NCBI GenBank assembly: GCA_002104905.1
Contig: MCFE01000006.1
Span: 1-64,000 of the forward strand
Reading direction: 5' to 3'
Length of the DNA: 64,000 bases
DNA from: Basidiobolus meristosporus CBS 931.73
Lineage: Eukaryota > Fungi > Basidiobolomycota
The position numbers were made by a program, and so were the translations under genes. Each line of letters begins with the position of its first letter. Positions within the stretch are counted from its first letter, which is position 1. Positions 10,331 to 23,650 of this stretch are shown here, piece by piece. The notes beneath the pieces are model-generated. The model did no database searches, was not told the DNA's origin, and saw only the letters and a program-made list of their open reading frames with translations.

Positions 10331-11699
10331 GGTTGCTTGTGTGAGGAGGGGAAAAGGTGTGGAGCGTAGTTAAGGTTCAAGAAAGAGAGAGCGTGGTCCG
10401 GTTTAAGTTGGTTAAGAGAAGACCCGGCTAAGTAGCGGACGGGGGCGGCACTGGTCAGAAAGCAGGTGAAACCGGCGCCCGGAATTACCGGAATTGCGGA
10501 GTAAACGAGGCCAACAGTTGGGCTCATGCCCCTTCCGTTGGCATCATGCCATCAGCCACCCAAGTACACTGTCTCGGGATTGGCTGCATTCAAACACATG
10601 AGATAAGTGAGATATGATATTAGTGCGCTATTCTCAGACGTTCAATATAACTTCCATCAGTAAGATCTAGTTACATCTTGAAGTCGACATTGGATATGGA
10701 ATTGAACATTACATTAGTCCTTAAAAATTAGCAATGAATGGACAAGAAAATGCCAGTCTTAAAGCTAATGGGAGAATTAAAGATGTCACCGGGGTGTGAG
10801 TTACAGAACAGTCATAATTATCATTACAGTGCAGAGATTAGGTGGTTAGCATTCAAATCAACACAAACAAGAAACTGGAGGAGTAGCAACAGTTGTGTTA
10901 CGATGCGGCATATTGACATAGTGATTCTCAATTGCAGCGGTGTTAATTACAAGCCGAGGCCGGAACTTTCGCATACGAACCCATTCGCTTGCCGTGGGCA
11001 GTTGAGCGTCCTCAACTTGATGACTGGTTTGAGTGGGGCAAGGAGTGAACAATGGGAGATAATTAGCCATTATATAGCCCATGGCAGACAATTCCGAGTC
11101 TAGGTCAAGTGGCTCGTGGAAAGGATATCAAGATATATAAGAAGCCGGCAGAACTTGAGTTAACTGTAGGAAAGTGTGATGGAAAAGTCAAAGTGGCCAG
11201 AATAGAAAATGCAAGTTGGATAGTTGATTACGGTGATAGTTAGGATATAGCGGGAGAAGTTTAAGGAAAGGTTAGTGACTTGTCAAGTGAAAAGTCGGGG
11301 ATCTTACCACTGTTGTGGCTGGTTACTCCTTATATAGGATATTGGCAGATATGCATTCATCCCAAGACAAGAATTCAATCGAAGTCTCCCGCAATACCCT
11401 CTGTCCTGAATCATATCAATATGTGGTGGCATTTCTATACCAGACATTATGGTCAGTAGAATCAAAATCATTGGTCAAATTGGGGGGAACGTGTGTCTGG
11501 CTGAGCTTTGGTTAGTTCTAAATACAAGCATGACCCCAGACTTCGGAAGAAAACGATGGTAGTGGCAACTGGTTGATCGTCTATTGCCACTATTACTTTT
11601 GTTTGTTGCAGCGGGAGGACAAATATCTGAAATGGAAAGTCAACTCCTATCGGCGAACCGCAGTTGTCCCGCTACAAAAGGAAGGAATGGCTACTCGGT

Positions 11700-14400
11700 G
11701 TCTTATGATTGCCTCACATGCTAGGAAATTCAGGTAATATCGGGTATCACGATGCATAATTAATTTACGCTGGTGATCACAGTCCAATGTTGGCAGTCAG
11801 GCTTTTTTGGAATCGCGTAGGTGGTTGATGCAGCATGTGTGGTTCCTTATAGGCTCATGGTTATTTCATTACTCAGTGGTGCAGTGCGATAAATGCCAGT
11901 TTTTTAACTACCCAAGCTAACAACAGTACTAATGGAGTTCAGCCGTATATCGATTTAGACATCATAAGACAATGTGGACAAGGGGACGAATCTCTTCACA
12001 TGTTACGATAATTGGTAGATTCTGAATAATATTGTTGCAATCTCAGAAACCGTCGAAACTCTACTACAAATTGTATGCTGACCAGCCTTCACGTTCTAGT
12101 TATATCAAGGCAATTTGAGTCTCATGATGACCTGTGATTCACGACTAAAACCAATGTGTTCTAGGTTCTCCCAGCAAATGTATCTTATGGAGAATTCTAC
12201 CAAAGAGGGGGCAATACCTTAGAATTACTGTCTATGTAGCCAATCATAGTAGTAATGCGCAAAATCACCTACATAGACAATCTGTTTACAACACAAGAAA
12301 AAAGCTCACAAGCCATGCCAGATTAAGTGTAAACTCATCTAGCGTATAATTCAGTAATTGTTTAAAATCGTTTTAAAATGGGTAACTCAAGTAGTATTAG
12401 TATGAGACAGAATCAATGCCCTGAATTTCTTGTGTCTTCAGATATCCCTATCTAATTTCAAAGGAATCTTCAGCACCACTGCTTAAGCAACTTTGATTTG
12501 GCAGTGTTCCTTCAGATGTGTCCCAATATAGTCCTTGTAAATGTATAATTTGTTTTTAAATGTTAACCAAATTGCACAGCCATCCAGGACCTTGCCTAGG
12601 ACCAAATAGCTATAAGAAATACAATGATCCCAGAACCCGTTTATTACTTTTCCCTAAGAAAAAAAATAAGAAAAGACCTGCAGGATACCATTATAATATC
12701 AGCTGAATTCCAAGTTTCTCAAAACTGACAACTCTCAATATCTCAGGTACTAGCTGTTGGACAGACAATCAGTCATATTTCCCAGGAGGAGACTGGGCCA
12801 ACTAGCATTCGTACCAAATTTGGTAATCAGCTGCCAACTACTTCCACCAAAAAATGCAGGTGAAAATTTGAAGGAAAAACACCAGCTGAACACCAGCAGA
12901 ATACCAGCTAAAAGTCGGATGAATTCCAAATTTGAGACACTTCATAGGGCTTTGTATATAAGCTCGTTGTTTGAGGAAAACTTCACTAATACACATCTCT
13001 GGAAGCCAAGCCATCCAAGGGGTGTTGATGTTTTTCAGAATTTCATCTGACTCTTGGAACCCTGCTTCAATACTCCCCTGATAATTTATGAATGAGGAAA
13101 TCGAGGTAACCAATGAGCAAGAGTGATCAGGTCCTCAACGTGGCAAAAAAACCACGAACTATCATAAATTTAATATGAAATAGAGCCAATCATCCCAGCA
13201 TTCTCGCACACAGGTTTATGATGATATACCGCATCAATCTCTCGATGTTAGGGGGGAGTTCTCAAGGTCCATTCCCCAATGGCCCAATCAACTAGCCTTT
13301 GAATCATCTTTCAAGTTGTGTCTGTGAAAAAGAAATTTCTTGTTTAACTCGAGAGCCAAGCATGGATTAATAAGCCTCACATCCATTTCTTATGCGTACC
13401 AGACTTTCCAAAAATGGTATCTCGGTCTTCTTGTACAAGAATCCAGAAGCCACACAATTTTGGGCATGCACGTAACATGGAGCGATATCCAAGTAATCGC
13501 TACATATCCTAGGAAATCCCATCAATCTGAACAGGTGCAACTAGAGAACGGCCAATGAATACATGGAAACAGTGGAATCTTGGTGCAAGCTGACACTTAC
13601 TTCCGCTCTGTAAGGACCAGATAATAATGACATGTCCTAATAATTAGGATACACCAGAATACCCAAGTGAAAATCTATACTTCAACAGAAAATTCCCATG
13701 ACAACAACACCTGAAGAGACCTGCGAATCAAAGGTGTCGGAGAGATATATTGATATGGTGGCTAGCAGGCGAACTTGTAAGGCAACAATTCCTGTTCAAC
13801 CTCAACCTAACGGAGCCTTCACACATCTTCTGAATCAATATGATGGTAATGAAAAAAGCAGGCCAAGGAAACCGGTTCAACTAGCATGCCCAAGTCTGAA
13901 CGCTGTAATGGTAAGATATCAATAATGATTGATGTGTTGGTTTATCGACGTTAAATCTCCCATTAATAAGATCTATTGCAACACTATCTAAATCCTCATG
14001 TGAGAACCATTTTCGGAGAAATACACCATATGGGAAATGTGACACTCATCAAATCCAGGAATGACGAAATGGCAAGCAATAATGTTGTTGACATCTGTTC
14101 ACCCCTCTGGAGTTCGATTGACAATCAGTTTGAAGCATACAGTTTATCACAGAACCCCATCATGGCATCATCCTATTCTCAAACGCAACATATTGCCCTC
14201 AACCACGGAAACCCATCACTTTCCAAAAATCCAAAAGGTGTGGTTGTGGATGTGGATGTGGTCTAGGGGCCGAATGGTTACCTGACCCATCTGTGCTTCT
14301 AAAGTAGCCAGAGTCTTATAATTGGGTAAGCTAACATCACCACTGTTGATCTAGAGTGTACCTGAAGTCTACCATTGGTAGCTATAAAACAACATTGAGA
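11700..14400. other. Gene-free decayed repeat/pseudogene-like tract
   Basis: No coherent ORF and many in-frame stops; contains repeat copy 2. Origin cannot be assigned by eye. Confidence 0.35.
12650..12945 (+). repeat. Dispersed repeat, copy 2
   Basis: ttctcaaaactgacaactctcaatatctcaggtactagc...cccaggaggagactgggccaactagcattcgtaccaaatttggtaatcagctgc...cagaataccagctaaaa, same family as 5880-6215. Confidence 0.8.
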
Positions 14401-14727
14401 AATTTCAATTGATGGCTCAAATCCAATTAGAGAACATTTATATAGCTTATTTCTATAAGCTTAAGAATAAAATCGGCGTATGCGATTTATCCGTCCGAGT
14501 CCTATTGGAAAATTTCTCCATTAGATCGCTACTTTAAATATACATATTTATTCATCCACATATTAGTACATATAAATTAACCGCCCCTCACCTGAGGAGC
14601 ATTTTGGTGCTTATCATATTTCATCTACCCTTCGAGGCTACCTATTCTGGAGTATCTCTCTCACTCTTAACCTTTGTCGTTATTCTCTTCTTCGAAATAG
14701 CCACATTTAGATAGTTCGAACTTTCAC

Positions 14728-16014
14728 ATGGACAAGTTCAAGGAGGTTCAGCTTATCGAGCTTGGTGGCAAAGAGAGTGACTTCGGAGGCTCCACTGTTT
14801 CTTGTAGTGGGAGCAGTGGATTCAGCCTCGAAGAGAAGAAAATACTCCCCCAAGAGAAATACCAATTATACAGATTCGAGGACATTCCGGATTACCTGAA
14901 AGATAACCCATTCATTCACACAAGGTATATTGCATGTTTGTATATCTATCACGTAATTCAGTTTGAGGCCGTATAGTTTTGCCGCTGTCTAACACACTTC
15001 ATATTCATACTATAGGTATCGCGCATATTACACTTATAGGGAAGCTTTTGGTAGTCTATTTCGAATTCACAACGAAACTGGTGAGCGTTGATCCCTCATG
15101 CCTTGATACCCTTGACACCTGCTGATCTCCGTGCTGTAGGGAACATATGGACTCACTTGGCTGGCTTCCTGGTAGTCTTGTTATTGATTATGCCAATTCA
15201 ATATAGCTTCTTCTTACCGAAGGAGGCTAGTCTCTTGGACCGAGTGATTTTTGCACTATTTCTATTGAGTGCTGCCAAGTGCCTCTTGTGCTCTTCATTG
15301 TTTCACCTATTCATCGGATGCTCCAGAGACGCATTTAAAAGATGGGGTTGCTGGGACTACAGTGGAATCAGTACATTGATTTGTGGATGCTACTGTATCG
15401 TCGTCTATTATGTAAGTGGGATCCGTTTTGAGTTCATGCTGGCGCAATGTTATTCATATTTCTCAGTGCTTTTACTGTGACACCTTGATACGCAACATTT
15501 TCCTCGGGGTTATATTTGCGGTGAATTTCACCGGCATCATTGGCCCGCAAACCTCTGCTTGGTCTGAACCATGGTTCCGCCTATTCCGTGCCGGTATTTA
15601 CTTACTTTGCGGAATCGTTAGCACTGTACCGATTCTGTATTGGCTGTGCAAACATGGTATACCATCGACCATGGAGCTAGGACATGCCACCAATGTACTG
15701 GGGATTGGATGGGGAAGCCTTTTTGCTCTGGAGATGTGTATTTGGTTGGCTGGAGTAGGGGTGTATGCATGGCGTTTTCCCGAGTGGTAAATCACCCAAT
15801 ATTCTGATTCATCTTTCTAATTCTAACTCGTTTGCACAATAGCTATCTACCTGGAAAATGCGACGTTTTATTCCATTCCCACCAGATATGGCACACACTC
15901 ATTGTACTTGGCGTATTAGTTCATTATCAGCTATCGCTTCAGTTGCTGAAGTGGCGCTTGTCTGGCGTCCCAGGTGGTGGTTGCTCTGCGCGCACGTCAC
16001 TTTTTTCTGCGTAA
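14728..16014 (+). CDS. PAQR / hemolysin-III family membrane receptor (IZH/AdipoR-like), about 5 exons
   Basis: IPDYLKDNPFIHT.YR, HNET.NIWTHL, S.LFH, WDYSGISTLI, FPE...PGKCDVLFHSHQIWHTL motifs joined by GT-AG introns. Confidence 0.9.
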
Positions 16015-17893
16015 GCCCAATTCACATGCGAATGACGGCTTTGTCCACTCCAACACACTCAATGAAACAATCCTCTTTTATATTTATCTACTTCGTGGAG
16101 CCTATGACCTATGAGCCTCCTGGCGATTTTATTCTCGAAAATCCCAAGGGGCCACTTCCATGGTTGAATGTGTGCGGCTGTTTATGCACCATTAACTAGA
16201 GCCCGCATCACCACAAAGCAAGTAGGTAGTGTTTAAGCGAATGTCGAGATCCAAAATCAGTTTTGTAATAAACCCCAGTAGATATATACGTCATTCCTTC
16301 CGAAAGATGAGCCATGACAAATTACTTTCTCCCACCACGGTTATAGTAGTAGCTTGTATCCAGATTTTGTGATCGTTTCTCATTAATCAAATCAATTCCT
16401 GTATTCCATTGGTCTTACGAATTACAGTGTCACTCCACTGAGCTCCAAATGGAGTTCAGGTCGAAATCTGCTAAAACCCAGTACTTAGCCACCTGATGCG
16501 CCATCCTACGAAGCTTCGAATGAAGATGAGAGAAGCACCAACCAGTCTAATTCGTTAGCCGCGAATACAAGCGAATCGGATCTCACCCTCAATGGCAGAT
16601 ATCGAGACTCACTAGGAATTTCGCCATTTGGTATCAATAAGTACTATTGTGGTTAATAATATATAATCAACGCTTCAGTGGTAGGGGGAATGAATAGTAG
16701 CTAGATTGCTAATGATATATCGAAGGGTGTGGCTGATTGTCAACGTAACTTTTACAGTAAAAAAGATGTATTCCATCAAGTATTCAAAGGAGGCATATGC
16801 TCTAAATATGATACAAGACATCCCACTTTACCATGATTGATGGTGTGTGCAGAGGTCTAAGGTTCAATGGTTGGTGACAAAGTTGTCGCTCCTACATATG
16901 AACACGGATATGTTGATACCGATGGCTCAGGAGGGAATATTATACCTAGCCTTCATGTTCGCACTCAGCAGGTGTTTCATAATGTCTAGGGTTGGCATTC
17001 CCATGAAATTAGCTTTGCAGGGAAAATAAGATTCCAATAATATCTCCGTTACTAGGAGAGGGGACTTCGGACAAAAATTATGTAGGTTCTGGTCTATAAC
17101 CCAACTTCATACTATTCGTAGAGCCTCGTTTACGTGCACAATTACTACATGACCTTACATTAGATATCCCAACTACCTGAATGTTCCCTTGATATTCATG
17201 AATCTTGGGAGAAGTGTGAAGGCTTGGGCCCCTCGCATTGTGAGTGGATGGAGCTCTTTAAAGTGAAGCACTTTTCATTGGACCTGTGAAGTTGGTTGAA
17301 AAGGTAGACTACCTTAGATTTGGGAATCGACTCTATGGAAGTCGGATTATTCAGTCGTAGATTTCATGGCCATATATATTGAAACCAGGACGTTTTTTCT
17401 TCCCAACATGTATCTTGTATATCCTTACTTATGCCCTTCGATTCGCAATCCGTAAGTAGTTTCTCTAGTGAAGCATGTGCAATAATAGTGTGCAAACAAG
17501 CTAAATACTGTTGTATCAGAGTTGCAAGTTCAATGGCTCCATCAGTTTCAATGCGTGTTTTCACCCTTATGACATGATCATCGTACATCAATAAACTGCT
17601 ATAGAAAATTGGAGATCTAAGTGCGTGCCAGTTGATCAACAATAAGCTGATATACTAGAGCAATCTAGTGTTTGCTGTGGTCTATTTGTGCATGTTTTCG
17701 ATCATGCAAGTGATACTTCAAAATACTTTACCTGCCTGTGGATCAACATCGCCAAATAGACATGAAAAGTGCGTACTGCTGGTAGAAAAAAGTATATATT
17801 GCAAGTGCTTTCTCTGAGAAATGATCAACTACCCTCTATTGGAACATAATATATCCACCAAACTTTTCTTGTTGAACTATATACCATATCAAC

Positions 17894-18654
17894 ATGCGTT
17901 TCTTAGGTACTGCTTCCGTTGCTCTTGTTTCTTTGCTTCTCGCTTCGTCACAAGTGACTGCCGCCACCTTCTCCAAGCGTGCTCCACCTCTCGGTGTGCA
18001 AATCAGCCAGTGCAATGTCAACAACGTAGTAGCAGTCACGTTTGACGATGGGCCAGGCAGCTTCACTATGGAGCTTTTGGAAAAGCTCAAGGGAACAAGA
18101 GTGACTTTCTTCTTGGTTGGACAAAGTAAGTGAGGTGGTACATACTACCAGTTGGTGCAAAATCAATTAACACCATTTTAGACGTTGAAAAATATCCAGA
18201 TGTCGTACGAAGGATGTACAACGATGGCCATCATATCGCATCCCATACCTACTCTCATGCCAATCTGAATGAATTGGATGAGAACGGGGTCATTCAGGAA
18301 ATGACTCGTACTTCTGACGCCATCAATAAGGCCATAGGGAAGCGCCCTAGGTATATGCGATGCCCGTACGGAGAATGCAACGATAAAGTTTTGGCTATAC
18401 TTAGGAGACTTGGTTATAAGGTCATCTACTGGAACCTTGATACATTGGACTGGCAGACCCTAAGTACCCAGAAAACCATTGATACCTACAATGCGGTTAG
18501 TAATAAGAGAAATGGCAACTTCATTTCACTTCAACATGATATCCACAAGCCTACTGTGGATGCTGTCCCAGGCATTCTCAACAAAGTCCGAGATGCTGGA
18601 TACAAAGTGGTTACCGTCCCAGACTGTTTATCAGACAATGGTCTCTATGTTTAG
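17894..18654 (+). CDS. Secreted polysaccharide (chitin) deacetylase, CE4/NodB, 234 aa, intron 18126-18181
   Basis: Signal peptide; TFDDGP, SHTYSH, RCPYG, DTLDW and LQHD motifs; spliced frame intact. Confidence 0.93.
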
Positions 18655-20400
18655 GTGAGGTGCGAATGGAAATGAATAACCCTAGATTTAAATATATATC
18701 ACAACACTTGATTCTTTTCAAATAGACTCATTGTATCTATGACTACCCACGAAACGAAATAAATACGAAATATGAAGCCAGAATTGAGGTTTATATTGCA
18801 TGATGCTAATCGTCAATGTTGAATCTCCGTAGTGATCAATCAAGTATACTGGAGTGTTTAGCAAGTCAAAATATCATTTGGAAACGATCGTCAGGTGCAA
18901 CATTTACCTTTCAAAATATTCGGGCCTGTGTGTCAGTAGCATTGCTACATATTGCTTTTCTCTTTTTCTCGGCGTTGTTTCTCCGATGTCATTTGATAGA
19001 GCAAGAAAACCAACATCCAGGCCTATCTACCCTATAATACTTCACATCACCATCAATAGGATATTTACAACTTGGCAGCAAAAATACTTGAGGATTAATG
19101 TGATAGGTAGTATGGATAGATAAGAGCTGGCTATGCATGTTGTATAAAACCGTGTCGGAGGAATGCGCTCATGAGGAGTACCCTGATCAATATTGTGGCT
19201 ATTGTTGAAAAGGTTGACTGAAGGGTGAGTTTCTCATTTAGATGCTTCCCTCAAAAGGTGGGTAAAAGTATTGTGGTCAGTTTTGAAAAAACCTTTGGCC
19301 CTTCCATGGTTTGGATATTCTTGGACACTTATGGTGATGCTCGGAGCCATGAAAGCTTCGGAAGTTCAGATACTCAATGTCTTGGGGAGATATTAAATGA
19401 TAGATGTGCTAAGCGTTTATATTAACTCTGTAATGCTTTAGTAACTTTCCAGCACTTAATATAATATCAGGGTAAGTGAGGTACATGATACTACGAAAGA
19501 AACCTCGTCAGAGAGTTGGTCCACCGCTTGCTAAGCTTAAATGTTCACAGCTCGCCCTGTGTCATCCATAGAATCTCACCTTGTTCATTGGAGAGTAGGG
19601 CAGTGCTGAAGTCTGGTGAATCATCCTCCATTAATTTGGTTTATAATAAGTGCAGTGACTGCTAAATATATATTTATCCAATATTTGCATTTTGGCGCAA
19701 GCTCCTTTCGATCTATGTTGTGATTAGTCTAATCATACCCTATGAAGCATATTCATATGCTATGTTGATCTGATGACTATAAAGTTGATTATATTTCCCT
19801 GACTGTTACGTCAGCAACATAAAATACTGAACACGTAAGAGCCAATTCACAATTGGTGAACCCCATGACTCCAAATAAGAATCAGCTACACAAAAAATGC
19901 CCTGAGCAGCATAACCTCATATCCCACAACATGGGATACCATGGCTTGTGGCTTGGTTGTGTTCCAAGGATCCCTGGAGTCAAACCAACGAGTGATCTTA
20001 TGTGTGCAAAAACCCAGATACACTAAATGGTCAAACATGTGTGGGAGAAAAAGAATGCATTACATTGACACAACCAAGAAACACCATTACAATATAGGTG
20101 GGGTAGAAGGCTACAACATTGGAAGATCTAAAACCTGGCCTATTCCATGGCTATTCTTTTGCCCCATTATACTTGTTTGAACACCGGTTCAATGTGAGGA
20201 TTTCAGCAATTGGTGATTGAATCACGAGATTTCAGACTCTATTCCTTGAATGTCCACACATCGCATTGACTGTTTAGCATGTTCAGTTTAAAAAGAATGG
20301 CTTCCCTATAAGACTGCTCCATCCGACCTTATTTTCCCTTCGAACAGGTTTACATTTCGTAGATCGCTCTTTTCCTATTCTCTCTAATACATACCCAATA

Positions 20401-22187
20401 ATGTCCGGAAGTTCGAGTGTGAACAACCAAACATCTGTTGCATATGGTCGCCTTGAAAACCTGACCAAAACTCTAGGGGCCTCCATGAGAAGACCTGCGA
20501 TACCTAATACATCCAGCAATGGTAGGTTCAATCACGTACTTGGTCGATGTTCATGGATCTAAATACCCTTCCATCTTCAGTGATACCCTGGAACAAGCAA
20601 TCATACGTCAACAAAACCCAACTAAATCCAGTCTACTTTCTTCAGCGCAGCGCTAACGTATTCTCAAACAAGATTGCCGTCAAGATGGACGAGCTGACCT
20701 ACACATACACAGAGCTCCTTGAGAGAGTTCACAATCTGGCTTATGCTCTACGCCACGAAGGAATTCAAGCCGGCGATAGGGTGGCTTATCTATCACCCAA
20801 TGTTCCTGCATTGTTTGAAGGCCACTTCGGGATACCATGTCTAAGAGCCATTCTAGTAGCTATCAATTACCGTTTGAAGTCTAGCGAGATCGAATATATA
20901 TTGGAACATTCCGGCAGTAAGATTCTCTTCGTGGATTGCGATTGCTACTCCTTGGTATCCCATCTGGAAGGGAAATTGAAAATCATCCGAGTTGACAGCA
21001 GTGGTCGTCAAGATGATCCCTATGAGCGATTCCTAGCCAATGGAAATACGTTGAATCGTGGTTGGGAAGAGTTGGATTTAATTGGCAATGAGGATGATAC
21101 TATTAGCATTTGCTATACAAGCGGCACTACAGGTCGCCCCAAGGGAGTCATGTTTACTTATCGTGGGGCCTATGTCAGCGCATTAGGCAACTCACTAGAA
21201 GCTGAGTTGAATTCCGAATCGGTAATGATGTGGACCTTGCCTCTTTTCCATTGCAACGGTTGGACATTTCCCTGGGCAATGATCGCAGTCGGTGGGACCA
21301 ACGTTATGGTCAGAAAAATGGACTACGGCTACATCTGGAAAATTCTGTTGAAAGACAAGATAACGCATTACAACGGAGCGCCAACCGTTCAGATATCGAT
21401 AGCGAATCATCCCTCTGCGCATAGATTGCCCAAACCAGTTAAAGTAACCGTAGCAGGCTCATCGCCTTCACCAAATCTTATCGCTAGCATGAAGCGATTG
21501 AACCTTATACCCGTACATACCTATGGCTTAACAGAAACTTACGGCCCTTCACTTGTATCTCGTTGGAAACCAGAATGGGAAGCACTTCCTGAGCATGAGC
21601 AAGCCAGGCTGTTGGCACGACAAGGCCATAATTATTTTGTCACCGAAGAAACGAGAGTGGTCAATTCAAAAATGGAAGATGTTCCATTTGACGGTAAAAC
21701 CTTGGGAGAGGTTGTAATGCGAGGCACTATGGTTATGAAGGGGTACTTCAATGATCCCAAGTCCACCGAGGAAGCGTTCAAAGGAGGCTGGTTCCATTCT
21801 GGGGATATTGCAGTTCGCCATCCAGACGGGTATATTGAGCTACGAGATAGGAAGAAAGATATAATCATAAGTGGTGGTGAAAACATCTCCACCATCGAAG
21901 TGGAGCAGATCATTAATGAGCACCCTGCAGTACTTGAGGTTGCCGTAGTCGCCATACCAGATGAACAGTGGGGAGAAAGGCCCAAGGCATTTATTCGTAT
22001 TCGAGAAGGAGCTCAAGTGACCGAGGAAGAAGTCATAGCATTTTGTAAAAAATTCATGGCTGGCTACAAGTGTCCCGCTAAAGTTGAGGTGGTCCAAGAT
22101 TTTCCCAAAACAAGCACTGGGAAAATACAGAAATTTGTTCTACGTGCCAAGGAGTGGGAACACTTGGGTGCCGTCAAAATCAAATAA
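20401..22187 (+). CDS. AMP-dependent acyl-CoA synthetase (short/medium-chain, AAE-like); first exon 20401-20521, intron 20522-20580
   Basis: YTSGTTGRPKG, HCNGWTFPW, YGLTETYGP, GWFHSGD, DRKKDIIISGGENIS, PKTSTGKIQK. The upstream exon splices in frame. Confidence 0.93.
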
Positions 22188-23062
22188 ACCTCCCATGTAG
22201 CAATAGTAATTGACGTTACTTTCCAATTCCCGATGATCCACACGATCCAGGATTGTGGTAAATTTACCCTGACCTCACTATCTTTTCCCCTGAGCTGCTG
22301 AGACTTGTACAAGCTGATCTGGCACTCCGACACAGTACCAGCTAGTCTGACTCACTATTGGGTTTACGTTCGCACAATACTTCACACGAATCTTGAGTAA
22401 CATGCTACCTCCGACTACTTGTGAAACCATACTTGGGATCACGTGGGAAAACGGCACCTACATGACATTGAAAGAACTCTGTTGACAACACGTGATAGGT
22501 GAAGCCTCATCACCATGAAGTGAGCAGTGATGTGGGTGTGAAGTCTTGGACATGAAACCAATCCACAGGGGGGCAGAATAGGCACGTACCATACAAAATT
22601 TTCACCGATAGCGAACTATGTGGCAATAGAGAGTAATTTCATTGGCTGTCACAGCTAATCCTCTACTTCCACACATGGGGAAACATCAGTATGGGCAAAA
22701 TCCTCAGATATTCTATGGTTGTGGAATTGAAGTGGGGTACTGGTGTATTGGGAAGATGGTTGAATAATACTTGGACTGGATTACACCAAATTTATAAAAG
22801 CCATATATTACACATTTTGTTTATATAGAAATGTTCGGAAACGACACCGGGAGCAAAATTGGCTTTTGATTTTGAACACTTGTAGCGTTCAAGACACAAT
22901 AAGATATTAAAATACAGGCAAAACCCAAGTAGAAGATTGTATGTTTGACGTGTGTGTGCTAGTATGTGATGCGGATATTAGGGAAAGGTGTTTTTGTGTG
23001 ATTGTTCTATATATAAAGGAAGGTAGAGTACAACGAATAGTCGATAAAAAACACTGGGCGCT

Positions 23063-23650
23063 TTACAGACATGTTCCCAAGGGTGGTAATGTGCAATCCC
23101 CCAAAGTTCTCCGCTTTCGAGTGTATACTTCGTCATGGGGTGCTTCGGATTTGTGCTTACGGGGCGTGGCCTCGTCACCGGGAGGTGGTGTCAATGGCGC
23201 AAAAGTGGCAACAGGATGATTCAGATCAGTGGTTCGAACAATCCATTTCACCTTGGGCACTTCCGGGAAGCTTAGAACACAGTCAAACATCCATTCATGT
23301 AAACCAATATACTCGTCAAGGATGCTCAGATTACACAGATATGCTAACCGCACATGGTCGGTTACGACTCGAGCAAACCCAATCTGGCGTGCTGCATAGG
23401 CGGAGTGAGGGCTGGTTTTGCTAGGAGAGGAATTGGGAACAATTATATAGAGGCCAAAGCACAGAGAGTGCTCAAGCACCCGTTTGAAATCTTGAAAAGC
23501 CAGAGCTGTGTTGTTGGAGTTGGATTTGACGACAAGGTTGTAAATGAAATTCAGATCCAAACGACGAGGGTCGGTGCTTATGAAGAACGAATCACGAAAC
23601 CATGTGTAGTAATTTTGTACAGGGAGGGACGATCCAAAGTCATAATTCAT
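23063..23650 (-). CDS. GNAT-family acetyltransferase-like protein
   Basis: ISTDPRRLDL, SLCFGLY, QIGFARVVTD..AYL are typical of a bacterial/fungal GNAT subfamily; the acetyl-CoA loop looks degenerate. Confidence 0.8.
   Translation of the reverse strand: MNYDFGSSLPVQNYYTWFRDSFFISTDPRRLDLNFIYNLVVKSNSNNTALAFQDFKRVLEHSLCFGLYIIVPNSSPSKTSPHSAYAARQIGFARVVTDHVRLAYLCNLSILDEYIGLHEWMFDCVLSFPEVPKVKWIVRTTDLNHPVATFAPLTPPPGDEATPRKHKSEAPHDEVYTRKRRTLGDCTLPPLGTCL

Noticed and set aside
10921-10970. CCGAGG (FarA/Ctf1-type) site and CGG/CCG triplets upstream of the peroxisomal NMO
   Set aside because: A single hexamer in ~1 kb is at chance level.
16200-17700. Coding-like fragments on the minus strand (e.g. ORF 17364-17642)
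   Set aside because: Multiple stops and no family recognisable by eye; possibly a decayed gene. Needs tblastx.
19150-20280. Broken Cys-containing reading frames between the deacetylase and the synthetase
   Set aside because: Could be a transposon or pseudogene relic, but no diagnostic motif was found.
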